Shown here piece after piece: positions 31,876 to 43,031 of a stretch of 64,000 nt of DNA. Within the stretch, counting starts at the first letter, position 1. Each line of letters begins with the position of its first letter. The notes below the pieces were generated by a model. That model saw nothing but the letters and a program-made list of their open reading frames with translations, made no database searches and was not told the DNA's origin. Position numbers and translations under genes: made by a program. Source of the stretch: Microcoleus sp. (GTDB lineage Bacteria > Cyanobacteriota > Cyanobacteriia > Cyanobacteriales > Microcoleaceae); contig JAYFMW010000028.1 in the NCBI GenBank assembly GCA_042408215.1, positions 320,001 to 384,000 on the forward strand, written 5' to 3'.

Positions 31876-32475
31876 ATGGCTATCAACTTGACCAAAGGAC
31901 AATCAATCGTTCTCAGCAAAAGCGAATACGACTTATCCAGACTAACAATGGCTTTGGGATGGGATGTGTCGAAAGCTAAAACAGGTATTTTCGGCAGCAG
32001 CAGCGGTGCAAACTTTGACTTGGATGCTTACGCTCTTTTATTGGGGGAAAATGGCAAATTAAAGAACTACAAAGACGATGTAATCTATTACGCTCATTTG
32101 GAATCAAAGGATAAAACAGTTGTGCACTCAGGCGACAATCTCACCGGGGCTGGAGAGGGCGACGACGAACAGATATTTGTGAAATTGAGTGCTTTGCCAG
32201 AACAGTATCACAAAATAGTTTTGGGCGTGAATATTTACGATGCCAAAAGTAGAAAACAGCATTTTGGCATGGTAAATAATGCTTTTGTGAGGGCTGTAGA
32301 TGCGACTGGGAAAGAAATCGCTCGCTATCGCTTGTCAAATGACCCTTCTTATGAAGGAAAATTAAATATGTTAATGGGAGAAGTTTATCGAGAAGGCGGC
32401 GAGTGGAAGTTTAAGGCGTTGGGAAATCCTTTCGCTGAGGATATGAACGGTGTTGTCGGTTCATTTATGCGGTGA
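31876..32475 (+). CDS. TerD/TerZ family protein
   Basis: ALGWD, FDLDA, HSGDNLTGAGEGDDEQI. Confidence 0.9.
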   Translation: MAINLTKGQSIVLSKSEYDLSRLTMALGWDVSKAKTGIFGSSSGANFDLDAYALLLGENGKLKNYKDDVIYYAHLESKDKTVVHSGDNLTGAGEGDDEQIFVKLSALPEQYHKIVLGVNIYDAKSRKQHFGMVNNAFVRAVDATGKEIARYRLSNDPSYEGKLNMLMGEVYREGGEWKFKALGNPFAEDMNGVVGSFMR

Positions 32476-32505
32476 GATCAAATCCGTTAAATTCAGGGTT
32501 GTAGA

Positions 32506-32709
32506 TACCGTATGGTGCGTCGCTATCAACCATCTACAAATCAACTCAAAAATCTCGCAGCGACACACCATACTACCGTAGGGTGCGTCGCTATCAACCA
32601 TCTACAAATCAACTCAAAAATCTCGCAGCGACACACCATACTACCGTAGGGTGCGTCGCTATCAACCATCTACAAATCAACTCAAAAATCTCGCAGCGAC
32701 ACACCATAC
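32506..32709. repeat. Three tandem 68-bp REP doublet units between convergent genes
   Basis: TACCGTA.GGTGCGTCGC units start at 32506, 32574, 32642. Confidence 0.92.
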
Positions 32710-32720
32710 AAGGGGCGGGT

Positions 32721-34274
32721 TTAATCTTTAACAGGCCGCATTGTCGGGAACATCACCGCATCGCGGATGCTTTGAGTATTAGTCAAAAGCATCACCAATC
32801 TATCGACACCGATTCCCATACCGGCACAATTAGGCATTCCTAAAGATAAGGCTTGAATAAAGTCTTCATCCATTGGATGCGCTTCGTCATCCCCTGCATC
32901 TTTCTGTGCTAATTGTTCCTCAAACCGCTTTCTTTGCTCCTTCGGATCGTTCAATTCCGAGAAGCCGTTCGAGTATTCCATCCCGTTGATAAATAACTCG
33001 AAACGCTCGACAAATCCCGGTTTGCTGCGGTGTCCTTTGGCGAGGGGACTGACTTCTACGGGAAAGTCAATGATGAAAGTTGGCTGAATTAGTTTGGGGA
33101 CTACTAATTTGTCAAAGACAGCGTACAGCACGTAGCCTAAACTCTGTTGTTCTAATTTAGAAAGGTGCAGTTCTAGTTTAGTTGCAGAGGCGATCGCACT
33201 TTCGAGATCCAAGCTATCAAAATCCAACCCAAACTCGTCTCTGACAGCTTCCACCATAGTTTTCACTTCCCAGTGTGTGCCGCTAAAACTGGGATATTTT
33301 TCGCTGTAGTCGAACTTGCGTTCTAAACTAATCATCTGTCCCTGATTTTCAATTTCTTTGACATCCCCAAGTACAGCCTGAGCAGCGCTACACATGACAT
33401 CTTCTACAACTGCTAAAATGTCGAAGTAATCTGCGTAAGATTGGTAAACTTCCAAAGAGGTAAACTCAGGATTGTGGGTACTATCAATCCCCTCATTTCT
33501 AAAGGCTTTTCCGAGTTCAAATACTCGCTCAAAACCGCCACAAATTGCTCTTTTCAAGAACAGTTCGGGAGCTACTCGCAAAAACAAATCCACATCCAAA
33601 GCATTGTGGTGAGTGATGAATGGCTTAGCAGCAGCACCACCGTAAATAGCTTGCAGTGTCGGCGTTTCTATTTCATGAAAATCGGATTTCCAGAGATAGG
33701 AACGGATGCTTTTGACGATGCGACTGCGGAGCATAAAACGGTTGAAAGCGTCTTGGTTGCTCGCTAAATCCATTTCGCGGTGGCGGCGGCAAACTTCGGG
33801 GTCGTTAATTCCGTAATAAGCATCGGGAAATTGAATAGTAGCTTTTGATAAAAGCGTGAATTCCCGCACTAAAATCGAGAGTTCTCCTCTGGGAGTGCGA
33901 CAGCCGATGCCTTGGACGCCGACAAAATCGCCGATATCGAGCAAATTTTTAATTTGCTTGAAGCTCAAACCGATTTCGCCGGTGACTACTTTTTTCTCAA
34001 TTTTGAGTTGGATTTTGTCTGTGGCGTCTTTTAAGTCGATGAAGCAAATGCTGCCGCTGTCTCGCTTGGAGGTGATGCGGCCGCCTACTCGGAGGGATAT
34101 TTCCTCGGGGTCACTTTCTCCGTTTTGGAGTTCTTTTTCTGGCTGACTAAATAATTCGCGAACTTGTTGAGCTGTGTGCGATCGCGCGTAAGATTGACTG
34201 GGATATGGTTCTATGCCTTGCGATCGCAGTTCGTCTACTTTTTGACTGCGGACTTCGGCTTCACTGAGAGTCAT
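32721..34274 (-). CDS. lysS: Lysine--tRNA ligase (class II)
   Basis: OB-fold N-terminus, YGGAAAKPF, FRNEGIDSTHNPEFT, ERFELF, GIGVDRL. Confidence 0.93.
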   Translation of the reverse strand: MTLSEAEVRSQKVDELRSQGIEPYPSQSYARSHTAQQVRELFSQPEKELQNGESDPEEISLRVGGRITSKRDSGSICFIDLKDATDKIQLKIEKKVVTGEIGLSFKQIKNLLDIGDFVGVQGIGCRTPRGELSILVREFTLLSKATIQFPDAYYGINDPEVCRRHREMDLASNQDAFNRFMLRSRIVKSIRSYLWKSDFHEIETPTLQAIYGGAAAKPFITHHNALDVDLFLRVAPELFLKRAICGGFERVFELGKAFRNEGIDSTHNPEFTSLEVYQSYADYFDILAVVEDVMCSAAQAVLGDVKEIENQGQMISLERKFDYSEKYPSFSGTHWEVKTMVEAVRDEFGLDFDSLDLESAIASATKLELHLSKLEQQSLGYVLYAVFDKLVVPKLIQPTFIIDFPVEVSPLAKGHRSKPGFVERFELFINGMEYSNGFSELNDPKEQRKRFEEQLAQKDAGDDEAHPMDEDFIQALSLGMPNCAGMGIGVDRLVMLLTNTQSIRDAVMFPTMRPVKD

Positions 34275-34730
34275 TCGTTATTGCCTGACTAAAATTGCAA
34301 ATATAGCAGAAGGAAGAAGAAAGTTCGGCAACGGATTTTGTAACGGATGTAACGGATGTAACGGATGTCGGAATCAGGAAGAAACACAACGCAATCATAG
34401 CAATAGTTTCAGCGATTTTTACGACCAACAGTCAACACTCAACAGCGGTGCCGGGCCCTTCGACTCCGCTCAGGAATGGTTCGACTACGCACGCGCCTAC
34501 CGCCACGTAGTCGAAGGGTCGAAGGGTCAACACTCAACAGCACAAAGCCGCCCAAATATTAAAAAATTAAGTTGTATATCGATCGCAAGTGGTGAGATGA
34601 TCTGTAGTGCAGCCTCACGGCAGTTCTATAGAATCTGAACAGTAGAGACGATCGTCGATCGAACTCGACTCATCTCACCTCTGCCAGAATCGACCACACA
34701 CACTCACTCTTAGATATAAAAACCATAATT

Positions 34731-36746
34731 ATGGCTGTTGCAACCCAATCACTCGAAGAACTCTGCATCAACTCTATCCGCTTTCTCGCCATCGATGCGG
34801 TAGAAAAAGCAAAATCAGGACACCCAGGACTGCCGATGGGCGCTGCCCCTATGGCCTTCGTGCTGTGGGATCGGTTTATGCGGTTCAACCCCAAAAACCC
34901 CAAGTGGTTCAATCGCGATCGCTTCGTCCTCTCCGCCGGCCACGGCTGTATGCTACAGTACGCCCTCATGTACTTGACCGGCTACGATAGCGTCACCCTC
35001 GACGACATCAAGCAATTTCGCCAGTGGGACTCCAAAACCCCCGGACACCCCGAAAACTTCGTCACAGAAGGCGTAGAAGTTACCACAGGCCCCCTGGGAC
35101 AAGGAATTGCTAACGGCGTCGGTTTGGCAATGGCAGAAGCTCACCTCGCCGCTAAATTTAACAAGCCCGGTAACACCATTGTTGACCACTACACCTATGT
35201 AATTATGGGTGATGGTTGCCACATGGAAGGCGTTTCTGGCGAAGCTTGTTCCTTGGCTGGACACCTGGGACTCGGCAAATTAATTGCTCTCTATGATGAC
35301 AACCACATCTCGATTGAAGGCGACACTAACTTAGCCTTTACTGAAGATGTCGGCAAGCGTTTTGAAGCCTACAACTGGCACGTCATTACTGTAGACAATG
35401 ACGCTCTAGACCAAGATACTAGCTTGGCCGCAGTTCACAAAGCTATCGAAGAAGCCAAGAAAGTCACGGACAAACCGTCCATGATTAAAGTCCGCACAAT
35501 TATTGGTTTTGGTTCTCCCAACAAGCGCAATAGTTACAGCGCTCACGGTGCTGCTTTGGGTGCCGCTGAAGTGCAAGCAACTCGCGATTTCTTGAAGTGG
35601 GAATATGAGCCCTTTGTGATTCCTGATAATGCTTTGGATCACTTCCGCCAAGCAGTCGATCGCGGTGCTCAATCGGAGCAAGAATGGCAGACAGCTTTTG
35701 ATGCTTATAAAGCAGCATATCCCGCCGAAGCCGCAGAATATGAGCGCACTGTTGCTGGCCAACTTCCCGAAGGTTGGGACAAAGTTTTGCCTACCTACAG
35801 CCCAGAAGATAAGGCAGATTCGAGTCGGAATCATTCTGGAAAATGTTTGAATGCTTTGGCTGCTGTGTTACCTGAATTGATCGGCGGTTCCGCTGATTTG
35901 GCTTCTTCTAACATGACTTTGCTCAAGGGTGAAAAAGACTTCCAAAAAGGTCAATACGAAGGGCGTAACCTGCGGTTTGGTGTGCGGGAACATGGCATGG
36001 GTGCGATCGCCAACGGGATGTTACTCCACGGCGGTTTGATTCCTTACTGCGCTACTTTCTTGGTATTTGCTGACTATATGCGGGGCGCAATTCGCCTGTC
36101 TGCACTCTCGGAAGCTGGAGTTATTTATGTAATGACTCACGACTCCGTAGCCTTGGGCGAAGATGGCCCCACTCACCAACCCGTAGAAACGATCGCCTCT
36201 CTGCGCGCAATTCCCGATTTGTTGGTAATGCGCCCTGCGGATGGTAACGAAACATCCGGCGCTTACAAAGTGGCCATTGAAAAGCGGAAAGTCCCAACTT
36301 TAATGGCTCTGTCTCGTCAAAACTTGCCTAACTTGGCCGGAAGTTCGATCGAAGGAACAGCCAAAGGCGCTTACATTTTGTCTGACGACGGTGGCACTCC
36401 CGACATCATTTTAATCGGCACCGGTGGCGAAACTTACCTTTGCGTTGATGCGGCTGAAAAATTGCGCGCCGCCGGCAATAAAGTGCGGGTAGTTTCGATG
36501 CCTTGCTGGGAATTGTTTGATGCACAAGATGCAGCTTACCGTGAATCTGTACTGCCAAAAGCTGTTACTAAACGGTTGGCAGTTGAAGCGGCTTCTAGCT
36601 TCGGCTGGGGACGTTATTTGGGTTCTGAAGGTGATAGCATCAGTATCGACAGATTCGGCGTTTCTGCACCGGGCCCCGTTGCTTTAGAAAAGTTTGGCTA
36701 CACCGTTGAGAATGTGGTAGCTAAGGCTCAGGCGCTGTTAGGTTAA
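34731..36746 (+). CDS. tkt: Transketolase
   Basis: [39 protein letters not shown]. Confidence 0.98.
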   Translation: MAVATQSLEELCINSIRFLAIDAVEKAKSGHPGLPMGAAPMAFVLWDRFMRFNPKNPKWFNRDRFVLSAGHGCMLQYALMYLTGYDSVTLDDIKQFRQWDSKTPGHPENFVTEGVEVTTGPLGQGIANGVGLAMAEAHLAAKFNKPGNTIVDHYTYVIMGDGCHMEGVSGEACSLAGHLGLGKLIALYDDNHISIEGDTNLAFTEDVGKRFEAYNWHVITVDNDALDQDTSLAAVHKAIEEAKKVTDKPSMIKVRTIIGFGSPNKRNSYSAHGAALGAAEVQATRDFLKWEYEPFVIPDNALDHFRQAVDRGAQSEQEWQTAFDAYKAAYPAEAAEYERTVAGQLPEGWDKVLPTYSPEDKADSSRNHSGKCLNALAAVLPELIGGSADLASSNMTLLKGEKDFQKGQYEGRNLRFGVREHGMGAIANGMLLHGGLIPYCATFLVFADYMRGAIRLSALSEAGVIYVMTHDSVALGEDGPTHQPVETIASLRAIPDLLVMRPADGNETSGAYKVAIEKRKVPTLMALSRQNLPNLAGSSIEGTAKGAYILSDDGGTPDIILIGTGGETYLCVDAAEKLRAAGNKVRVVSMPCWELFDAQDAAYRESVLPKAVTKRLAVEAASSFGWGRYLGSEGDSISIDRFGVSAPGPVALEKFGYTVENVVAKAQALLG

Positions 36747-36767
36747 TAGCCATAGCATAATTGAGTT

Positions 36768-36798
36768 TGGGGCGGGCTTCTGGCTCGCCCCTTTTTTT
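36768..36798 (+). terminator. Rho-independent terminator after tkt
   Basis: GGGGCGGGC-loop-GCTCGCCCC followed by a T-run. Confidence 0.85.
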
Positions 36799-36885
36799 AT
36801 GGCTAAATCTTATTTGATATCTAATCCGGTGGCATCGGAATTAATACTACCCACAGTTAGGACACTTTTCGGGTGCCCTTCTTCG

Positions 36886-37104
36886 TGTCAACTTAAGCCT
36901 GAAACCCTTGGTATCTCTCGTTCATAGCCAAGTCTAGATCCCCCTAAATCCCCCTTAAGAAGGGGGACTTAAAGAGGCTTCCTGTCCCCCCCTTCTTAAG
37001 GGAGTAGGGTGTGAGTAGGGGTTGAGTAGGGGGCAAGAATGCGGGGGGATCTGGCCTTAATAGTCAAACAGCCGTCTGTGACAGGGTTTGACGTTAAGTT
37101 GACA
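36886..37104. mobile_element. MITE with TGTCAACTTAA...TTAAGTTGACA termini and C/G-run core
   Basis: 11-bp terminal inverted repeat; same terminus at 9497 and 8428. Confidence 0.8.
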
Positions 37105-37291
37105 TTAATGGACACTGCCGTTTCCCTACAATTAATCGGGGTAGGGAAACGGCACTGCCGTGTCCGACTCATGATTATTTTGGGGTAGTCCAAGGGCACG
37201 GTGCGGTGTCCTCCTTAAAAATTTTAGATAACTTATAAGTTATGGTGTCATATCTAGTTTGATTCTTTTAACTATCTGTAAATCGCACCTT

Positions 37292-39616
37292 ATGCTCTGG
37301 ATTTTTTTAAATAACCTATTATTTACCGCGAACTATATTCCTCACGGCCACTGTTACCTTTGGCAGCGAGAATTAGTCTGGCTCCACGTAGCCTCAGACT
37401 CCCTGATAGCCCTCGCCTATTACTCAATACCTCTATCGCTGCTTTATGTTGTCTTTCAACGAAAAGACTTGCCCTTTCGCAACATTTTTTGGCTGTTCGG
37501 AGCCTTCATTCTCTCCTGCGGCACTACTCATGTGATGGAAGTTTGGACGCTTTGGCATCCTGTTTATTGGCTTTCTGGCAGCTTAAAACTTATTACCGCT
37601 TTAATTTCTGCTTACACCGCTTTCGCATTAATTCCTTTAATTCCTCAAGCATTAGCTCTCCCCAGTCCCACTCAATTAGAGATGATTAATCAAAGACTGC
37701 AAAAAGAAATCAGCGAACGCCAAAAAAATGCGACAACTTTGTTAGAATTGACGCAACTGCAAAATGCGATTATTAACAGTACCAACTACACAATTATTTC
37801 CGTCGATACCGATGGTACAATTAAAACATTTAATCTGGCAGCCCAGCAACTTTTAGGCTATTATGCAGAGGAAGTTGTGGGTAAATTAACACCAGCAATA
37901 GTTCATGATCCTCTGGAGTTGGAGCAGAGAGCTGAAGTTCTTTCTCAAGAATTGGGAGTGAAAATAGAGCCTGGATTTGAGGTTTTTGTTGCCTGGGCGC
38001 GCCGGGGAATAGCTGATGAGAATGAATGGACTTATATTCGCAAAGACGGTTCGCGTTTCCCGGTGCTGGTATCGGTGACGGCCTTATATGACAGCGAGGG
38101 AAATATTAACGGTTTTGTGGGTATTGGTCAGGATATTAGCGGACGCAAACAAGCTGAAAAAGAGCTGCGCGAACTCAATATTGCTATGCAAAATGCGGTG
38201 GAAGGTATTGCGCGGCTAGATAGTTCAGGACGCTACGTGAATGTTAACCGAGCTTACGCTAATAAATTTGGTTACAAACCAGAAGAAATGATTGGCATGG
38301 AATGGCCGATCACTGTACATCCTGACGATGTTGAGATGTTGATATTAGCTGTTCAGGAAATGCTAACTTCGGGGAAAGTAGAAGTTGAAGCTAGAGGTTT
38401 GAGGAAAGATGGCTTGTTTTTTTACAACAAAATCACAATGGTAAAAGCTTGCGACGAACAAGGTATCTGTAACGGACACCACTGTTTTATGAAAGATATC
38501 ACCGATCGCAAACTCACGGAAAGAGCTTTGGAGGAAAGTGAATCTAAGTACAGACAAATAGTTGAATTAGCAGAAGAAGGTATTTGGCTAATTGACAGCA
38601 AGGCTCGCACGACTTACGTCAACCAAGCAATGGCGCGAATGCTCGGCTATTCTGAATTAGAAATGTTCGGGAGAGCGCTTTTTGATTTCATGGATGAAGA
38701 GGGAAAACAGTCAGCCAACGATCGGAGCGATCGGCGCAAGCAAGGAATGGCTGAAAGACACGAGTTGAGACTAAAAAGTAAGGATGGTAAAGATGTTTGG
38801 ACTTATATGTCTACCAGTCCAGTCCTGGATAAAAAAGGTAATCTGCTGTCCAGTTGTGCCTTGGTTTACAATATTACAGACCGCAAAGAAATAGAGCGGC
38901 AAATGCTGCAACTTACAGAAGATTTGAAGCGTTCTAACGAGGAATTAGAACAATTTGCTTATGTGGCTTCCCACGATTTACAAGAACCCCTCAGAGCTGT
39001 TACCAGTTACACTCAATTGTTAGCCCAGCGCTATCAAGGCAATTTGGATGCTAAAGCAGATAAATATATTAATTATATTGTTGATGGCGCTTCCAGAATG
39101 CAACAATTAATTAACGATTTGTTAGCTTATTCGCGATTGGGAACGAGGGCTCAGGAATTTGAGGCTGCGGATTGCAACGCTGCTGTGCAGCAAAGTTTGT
39201 CCAATTTGCAAATTGCGATCGCCGAAAAGAAAGCTATCATCACTTACGAATCCCTACCAACCGTGATGGCAGATGAATTTCAACTTGTACAATTATTCCA
39301 AAACTTGATTGGCAATGCCATCAAATTCTGCCAAGATGTCCCCAGAATTCAGATTGCTGCTATCATGCAAGATCGTGAATGGCTGTTCAGTGTCCGCGAT
39401 CGTGGCATTGGCATCGATCCTGAGTATGCCGATCGCATTTTTCTGATTTTTGGGCGCCTGCACTCCCGTCGCGAATATTCCGGCACTGGCATAGGTTTGG
39501 CAATATGCCAGCGCATTGTGGAACGCCACGGCGGACGGATCTGGGTTGAGTCTCAGTCGGGAGAAGGAGCGACTTTTTACTTTACTATTCCTATAATTAG
39601 AATCTCAGCGATCTAG
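37292..39616 (+). CDS. Multi-PAS sensor histidine kinase with ETR1-type ethylene-binding N-terminal domain
   Basis: SDSLIALAYYSIP...FILSCGTTH; three PAS-like domains; Cph1-type H-box ASHDLQEPLR. Confidence 0.9.
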   Translation: MLWIFLNNLLFTANYIPHGHCYLWQRELVWLHVASDSLIALAYYSIPLSLLYVVFQRKDLPFRNIFWLFGAFILSCGTTHVMEVWTLWHPVYWLSGSLKLITALISAYTAFALIPLIPQALALPSPTQLEMINQRLQKEISERQKNATTLLELTQLQNAIINSTNYTIISVDTDGTIKTFNLAAQQLLGYYAEEVVGKLTPAIVHDPLELEQRAEVLSQELGVKIEPGFEVFVAWARRGIADENEWTYIRKDGSRFPVLVSVTALYDSEGNINGFVGIGQDISGRKQAEKELRELNIAMQNAVEGIARLDSSGRYVNVNRAYANKFGYKPEEMIGMEWPITVHPDDVEMLILAVQEMLTSGKVEVEARGLRKDGLFFYNKITMVKACDEQGICNGHHCFMKDITDRKLTERALEESESKYRQIVELAEEGIWLIDSKARTTYVNQAMARMLGYSELEMFGRALFDFMDEEGKQSANDRSDRRKQGMAERHELRLKSKDGKDVWTYMSTSPVLDKKGNLLSSCALVYNITDRKEIERQMLQLTEDLKRSNEELEQFAYVASHDLQEPLRAVTSYTQLLAQRYQGNLDAKADKYINYIVDGASRMQQLINDLLAYSRLGTRAQEFEAADCNAAVQQSLSNLQIAIAEKKAIITYESLPTVMADEFQLVQLFQNLIGNAIKFCQDVPRIQIAAIMQDREWLFSVRDRGIGIDPEYADRIFLIFGRLHSRREYSGTGIGLAICQRIVERHGGRIWVESQSGEGATFYFTIPIIRISAI

Positions 39617-39658
39617 CTGCAAATTTTTCTATATAATAATCAAAAGGATGTGGCGGTT

Positions 39659-40105
39659 ATGAAAAATACAAACACAGTTAAGCCCATAGAAATTCTGTTG
39701 ATCGAGGATTCTCCCAGCGACGCTGACTTGGCAAGAGAGGCTCTCAGTCAGGGTACAATTTTAAATAACTTACATTTCGTGGAGGATGGAGTCGAAGCAA
39801 TCAAGTTTTTACGCAAACAAGAACCCTATGTCAGTGTACCCCGTCCCAACTTAATTTTACTTGACCTGCATTTGCCAAAAAAAAGTGGTATAGAAGTGTT
39901 AGCAGAAATTAAGACTGACCCAAATTTAAAACTAATTCCCGTAGTAATTCTCAGCACTTCAGCAGCCCCAGAGGATATTCTCAAGTCCTACTCGCTGCAC
40001 GCCAATTGTTATATTACAAAACCAGTAGATTTCTTACAATTTACTAAGGTAGTTAGGTTAATTGAGGAGTTCTGGCTAGCAGTAGTCAAACTTCCGGTCA
40101 TTTAA
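39659..40105 (+). CDS. Single-domain response regulator (Rcp1-like)
   Basis: LLIEDSPSD, LLDLHLPK, ANCYITKP, FW near C-terminus. Confidence 0.92.
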   Translation: MKNTNTVKPIEILLIEDSPSDADLAREALSQGTILNNLHFVEDGVEAIKFLRKQEPYVSVPRPNLILLDLHLPKKSGIEVLAEIKTDPNLKLIPVVILSTSAAPEDILKSYSLHANCYITKPVDFLQFTKVVRLIEEFWLAVVKLPVI

Positions 40106-40233
40106 TTTATAGAAGAGTTTGGGTGGTGGTGATACTTGCCAAACTATAATTTTCAAGTTAAAAAGGAAAGGGAAAGCAAAAGAGTTTAATATATTTGCAG
40201 AGTGCAAATCAGAGGATAAAGAACGTCAAAGCT

Positions 40234-41736
40234 ATGTGGATTAAGATTCTGTTGGTAGAAGACAATCCGGCTGATGCTGATTTGCTGGCAGAGCTGCTCG
40301 AAGTATCTGTGGGCGTAGAATGGGAACTGGTGTCTGTTGAGTTCCTGCACGAAGCGATCGCACATCTGAGCAAACAGCCCTTTGATGTAGTTTTGCTTGA
40401 CCTTTCTTTACCGGATAGCCGTGGTTTGGAAACGCTAACTCGCCTCCGAGAAGTGGCCCCGGATACAGCAATGGTGGTAATGACCGGCTTGAATGACGAG
40501 GCGATCGGACTGAAGTCAGTTCGCTTGGGAGCTCAAGACTATATTGTCAAAGGTCAAATTACCACCCAATTATTAGTGCGGACAATCCGTTACGCGATCG
40601 AACGTTCTCAAACTTTTCAAATGCTCAGGGAAAGCGAGCGGCGTTTTCGGGCGATTTTTGACTCCTCGTTTCAGCTCACAAAGCTGCTGACTCCCGCAGG
40701 AATTGTGCTGGAAGTTAATGAGACAGCTCTTGAGTTTGCAGGAATGCGATCGGGAAATATTATCGGCCTCCCGATTTGGGAACTTCCGATTTGGAAACAG
40801 TCACCAAATGCTAAACAACAATTAAAAGAAGCGATCGCCAAAGCTGCTATGGGCGAGTTTTTTCGCAGCGAAATAGACTTGTCAGGAAAAGGCGACCAAG
40901 TTATGACAGTTGATTTCTCGCTCAAGCCGGTCAAAAATGAGACAGGACAAGTTTTGCTGCTGATTGCTGAAGCACGGGATATTAGCGATCGCAAGCGAGC
41001 CGAAGCCGAAATTATCAAAGCACTCGCACGAGAAAAAGAACTTTCCGAACTCCGAGCCAAATTTGTCACAATGGTTTCCCACGAATTTCGCACCCCGCTG
41101 ACAACTATCCAATTTTCCGCTGGATTGCTGCAAGATTACAGCTCTCATTGGTCGAGCGACAAAACAAACACTCATTTTGTGCGGATTCAACTAGCAATTA
41201 AACGCATGACAGAGTTATTAGAGGATATCCTAGTAATTGGCAAAATCGAAGCAAATACACTACAGTTTCAACCAGTTTCTTTAAACCTCGAAAAATTCTG
41301 CCGTCAACTCCTAGAAGAACAGCAACTCAATGACAGCAACCAACACCCGATCGCCTTGATTGTGTCAGGCGACAACACCGACGCTCAAATGGATGAAAAA
41401 CTCCTGCGGCAAATATTGGGAAACTTACTCTCAAATGCCCTCAAGTATTCTCCGGTCGGAACTTCAGTTGATTTCCACCTAAAAAATCAAAATGGAGAGG
41501 TTATTTTTCAAATTAAAGACCGAGGAATCGGGATTCCCCAAGCCGACAAAGAGCGGATATTGGAGACATTTTACCGCGCTACAAATGTCGGCAATATTTC
41601 AGGAACAGGTCTCGGTTTAGCAATTGTAAAAAGGGCTGTGGAACTTCACGGAGGCACCCTCGCCATCAACAGTCAAGAAGGGATAGGTACAACTTTCACC
41701 ATTACCTTGCCTTTGATTTATCATCCCGACCCATAA
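40234..41736 (+). CDS. Hybrid receiver-PAS-histidine kinase
   Basis: N-terminal receiver (LLDLSLPD), SHEFRTPL, NALKYS, GTGLGL. Confidence 0.92.
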   Translation: MWIKILLVEDNPADADLLAELLEVSVGVEWELVSVEFLHEAIAHLSKQPFDVVLLDLSLPDSRGLETLTRLREVAPDTAMVVMTGLNDEAIGLKSVRLGAQDYIVKGQITTQLLVRTIRYAIERSQTFQMLRESERRFRAIFDSSFQLTKLLTPAGIVLEVNETALEFAGMRSGNIIGLPIWELPIWKQSPNAKQQLKEAIAKAAMGEFFRSEIDLSGKGDQVMTVDFSLKPVKNETGQVLLLIAEARDISDRKRAEAEIIKALAREKELSELRAKFVTMVSHEFRTPLTTIQFSAGLLQDYSSHWSSDKTNTHFVRIQLAIKRMTELLEDILVIGKIEANTLQFQPVSLNLEKFCRQLLEEQQLNDSNQHPIALIVSGDNTDAQMDEKLLRQILGNLLSNALKYSPVGTSVDFHLKNQNGEVIFQIKDRGIGIPQADKERILETFYRATNVGNISGTGLGLAIVKRAVELHGGTLAINSQEGIGTTFTITLPLIYHPDP

Positions 41737-41942
41737 AACCTGAACGATAAATGATTAATATCAAGTCCGGTTAATTGCCGATCGATCCTGTATGGGCCCC
41801 CGGAAAAAAGTATTATAACTCTTCAACCGAACATGATATAACCTCTGCGATTTACCGAATAATTAATAGCAATCAAAGGAGATTTTTCGGCTGGATGAGT
41901 TTCCCAAAAAACTACTAACTCAAAAACCAAGGAGAGACAATC

Positions 41943-43031
41943 ATGGCAAAAATTTTAGTAATTGAAGACGAAGCATCGATTAGAGAAAACATTTTAGAGT
42001 TGCTAGAAGCCGAGAATTTTGAAGCCCTGGGAGCTGCTAACGGTAAAGTCGGCATCAAAATGGCGATCGAACAAATTCCAGATTTAATTCTCTGCGACAT
42101 GATGATGCCAGAAATTGACGGTCAGGGTGTCCTCAAAGCTTTGCGAGCCGAACCTGTAACTGCAACAATTCCGTTTATTTTCCTCACAGCCAAAGCCGAA
42201 AAAACCGACATTCGCCTCGGTATGGAACAAGGAGCAGACGATTACATTACCAAACCTTGTACGCCCCAAGAACTCCTCAAAGCAATTGCTATTCGACTAG
42301 AAAAACACCAAGCAATTAGCAGACAATCTCAAAAAACACTAGACGAATTGCGCTCCAATATTAGTATGTCACTTCCCCACGAATTGCGGACTCCATTGAA
42401 TGCAATTCTCGGTTTTTCCGAGCTAATATTATCAGAATACCGTCTCTTAGAGGAATCAGAAATCTTAGAAATGATCGGTCACATCCAAGTTTCAGGTCAT
42501 CGTTTATATAGGCTGATTCAGAATTTTTTACTCTATGCCGATCTGCAAATAGCAGCAACCAATCCAGAACTGATCGAGGAGATGCGAAACAGCGAATTTA
42601 GCTGCGTCAAATCTTTGCTATCTGAAAAAGCCAGACAGCAAGCAAAGCAGGCTAATAGAACAGAAGATTTAACATTAAACTTGCAAGATTCATCAGTAGC
42701 AATTGATGCTATGAGACTCACAAAAATTCTTGAAGAACTGCTCGACAATGCCTTCAAGTTTTCATCAGAAGGAACGCCCATTTCTGTGAGCACTTTGGTT
42801 GAAGATAGGACTTTTATTCTGTCTGTAAAAGACCAAGGGCGCGGCATGACTGCCGATCAAATAGCACAACTGGAAGCTTATATGCAGTTCGATCGCAAAC
42901 ACTACCAACAAGCAGGTTTGGGATTAGGGCTAGCAATAGTTCAACGCCTTGCAGAATTGCACGGAGGAGAATTAAAGATCGAAAGTTCGCCCCAAAAAGA
43001 AACAATAGTATCCGTTTTTCTACCAGTCTAA
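41943..43031 (+). CDS. Hybrid response regulator / histidine kinase
   Basis: Receiver (LCDMMMP, DDYITKP), PHELRTPL, NAFKFS, GLGLGL. Confidence 0.92.
   Translation: MAKILVIEDEASIRENILELLEAENFEALGAANGKVGIKMAIEQIPDLILCDMMMPEIDGQGVLKALRAEPVTATIPFIFLTAKAEKTDIRLGMEQGADDYITKPCTPQELLKAIAIRLEKHQAISRQSQKTLDELRSNISMSLPHELRTPLNAILGFSELILSEYRLLEESEILEMIGHIQVSGHRLYRLIQNFLLYADLQIAATNPELIEEMRNSEFSCVKSLLSEKARQQAKQANRTEDLTLNLQDSSVAIDAMRLTKILEELLDNAFKFSSEGTPISVSTLVEDRTFILSVKDQGRGMTADQIAQLEAYMQFDRKHYQQAGLGLGLAIVQRLAELHGGELKIESSPQKETIVSVFLPV

Noticed and set aside
32506..32843. 68-bp repeats as CRISPR and the 86-aa ORF across them
   Set aside because: Identical interiors, REP structure; ORF is repeat-derived and antisense to lysS
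34331..34368. AACGGATGT 9-mer repeats upstream of lysS as an operator
   Set aside because: Indistinguishable from the many simple repeats in this genome
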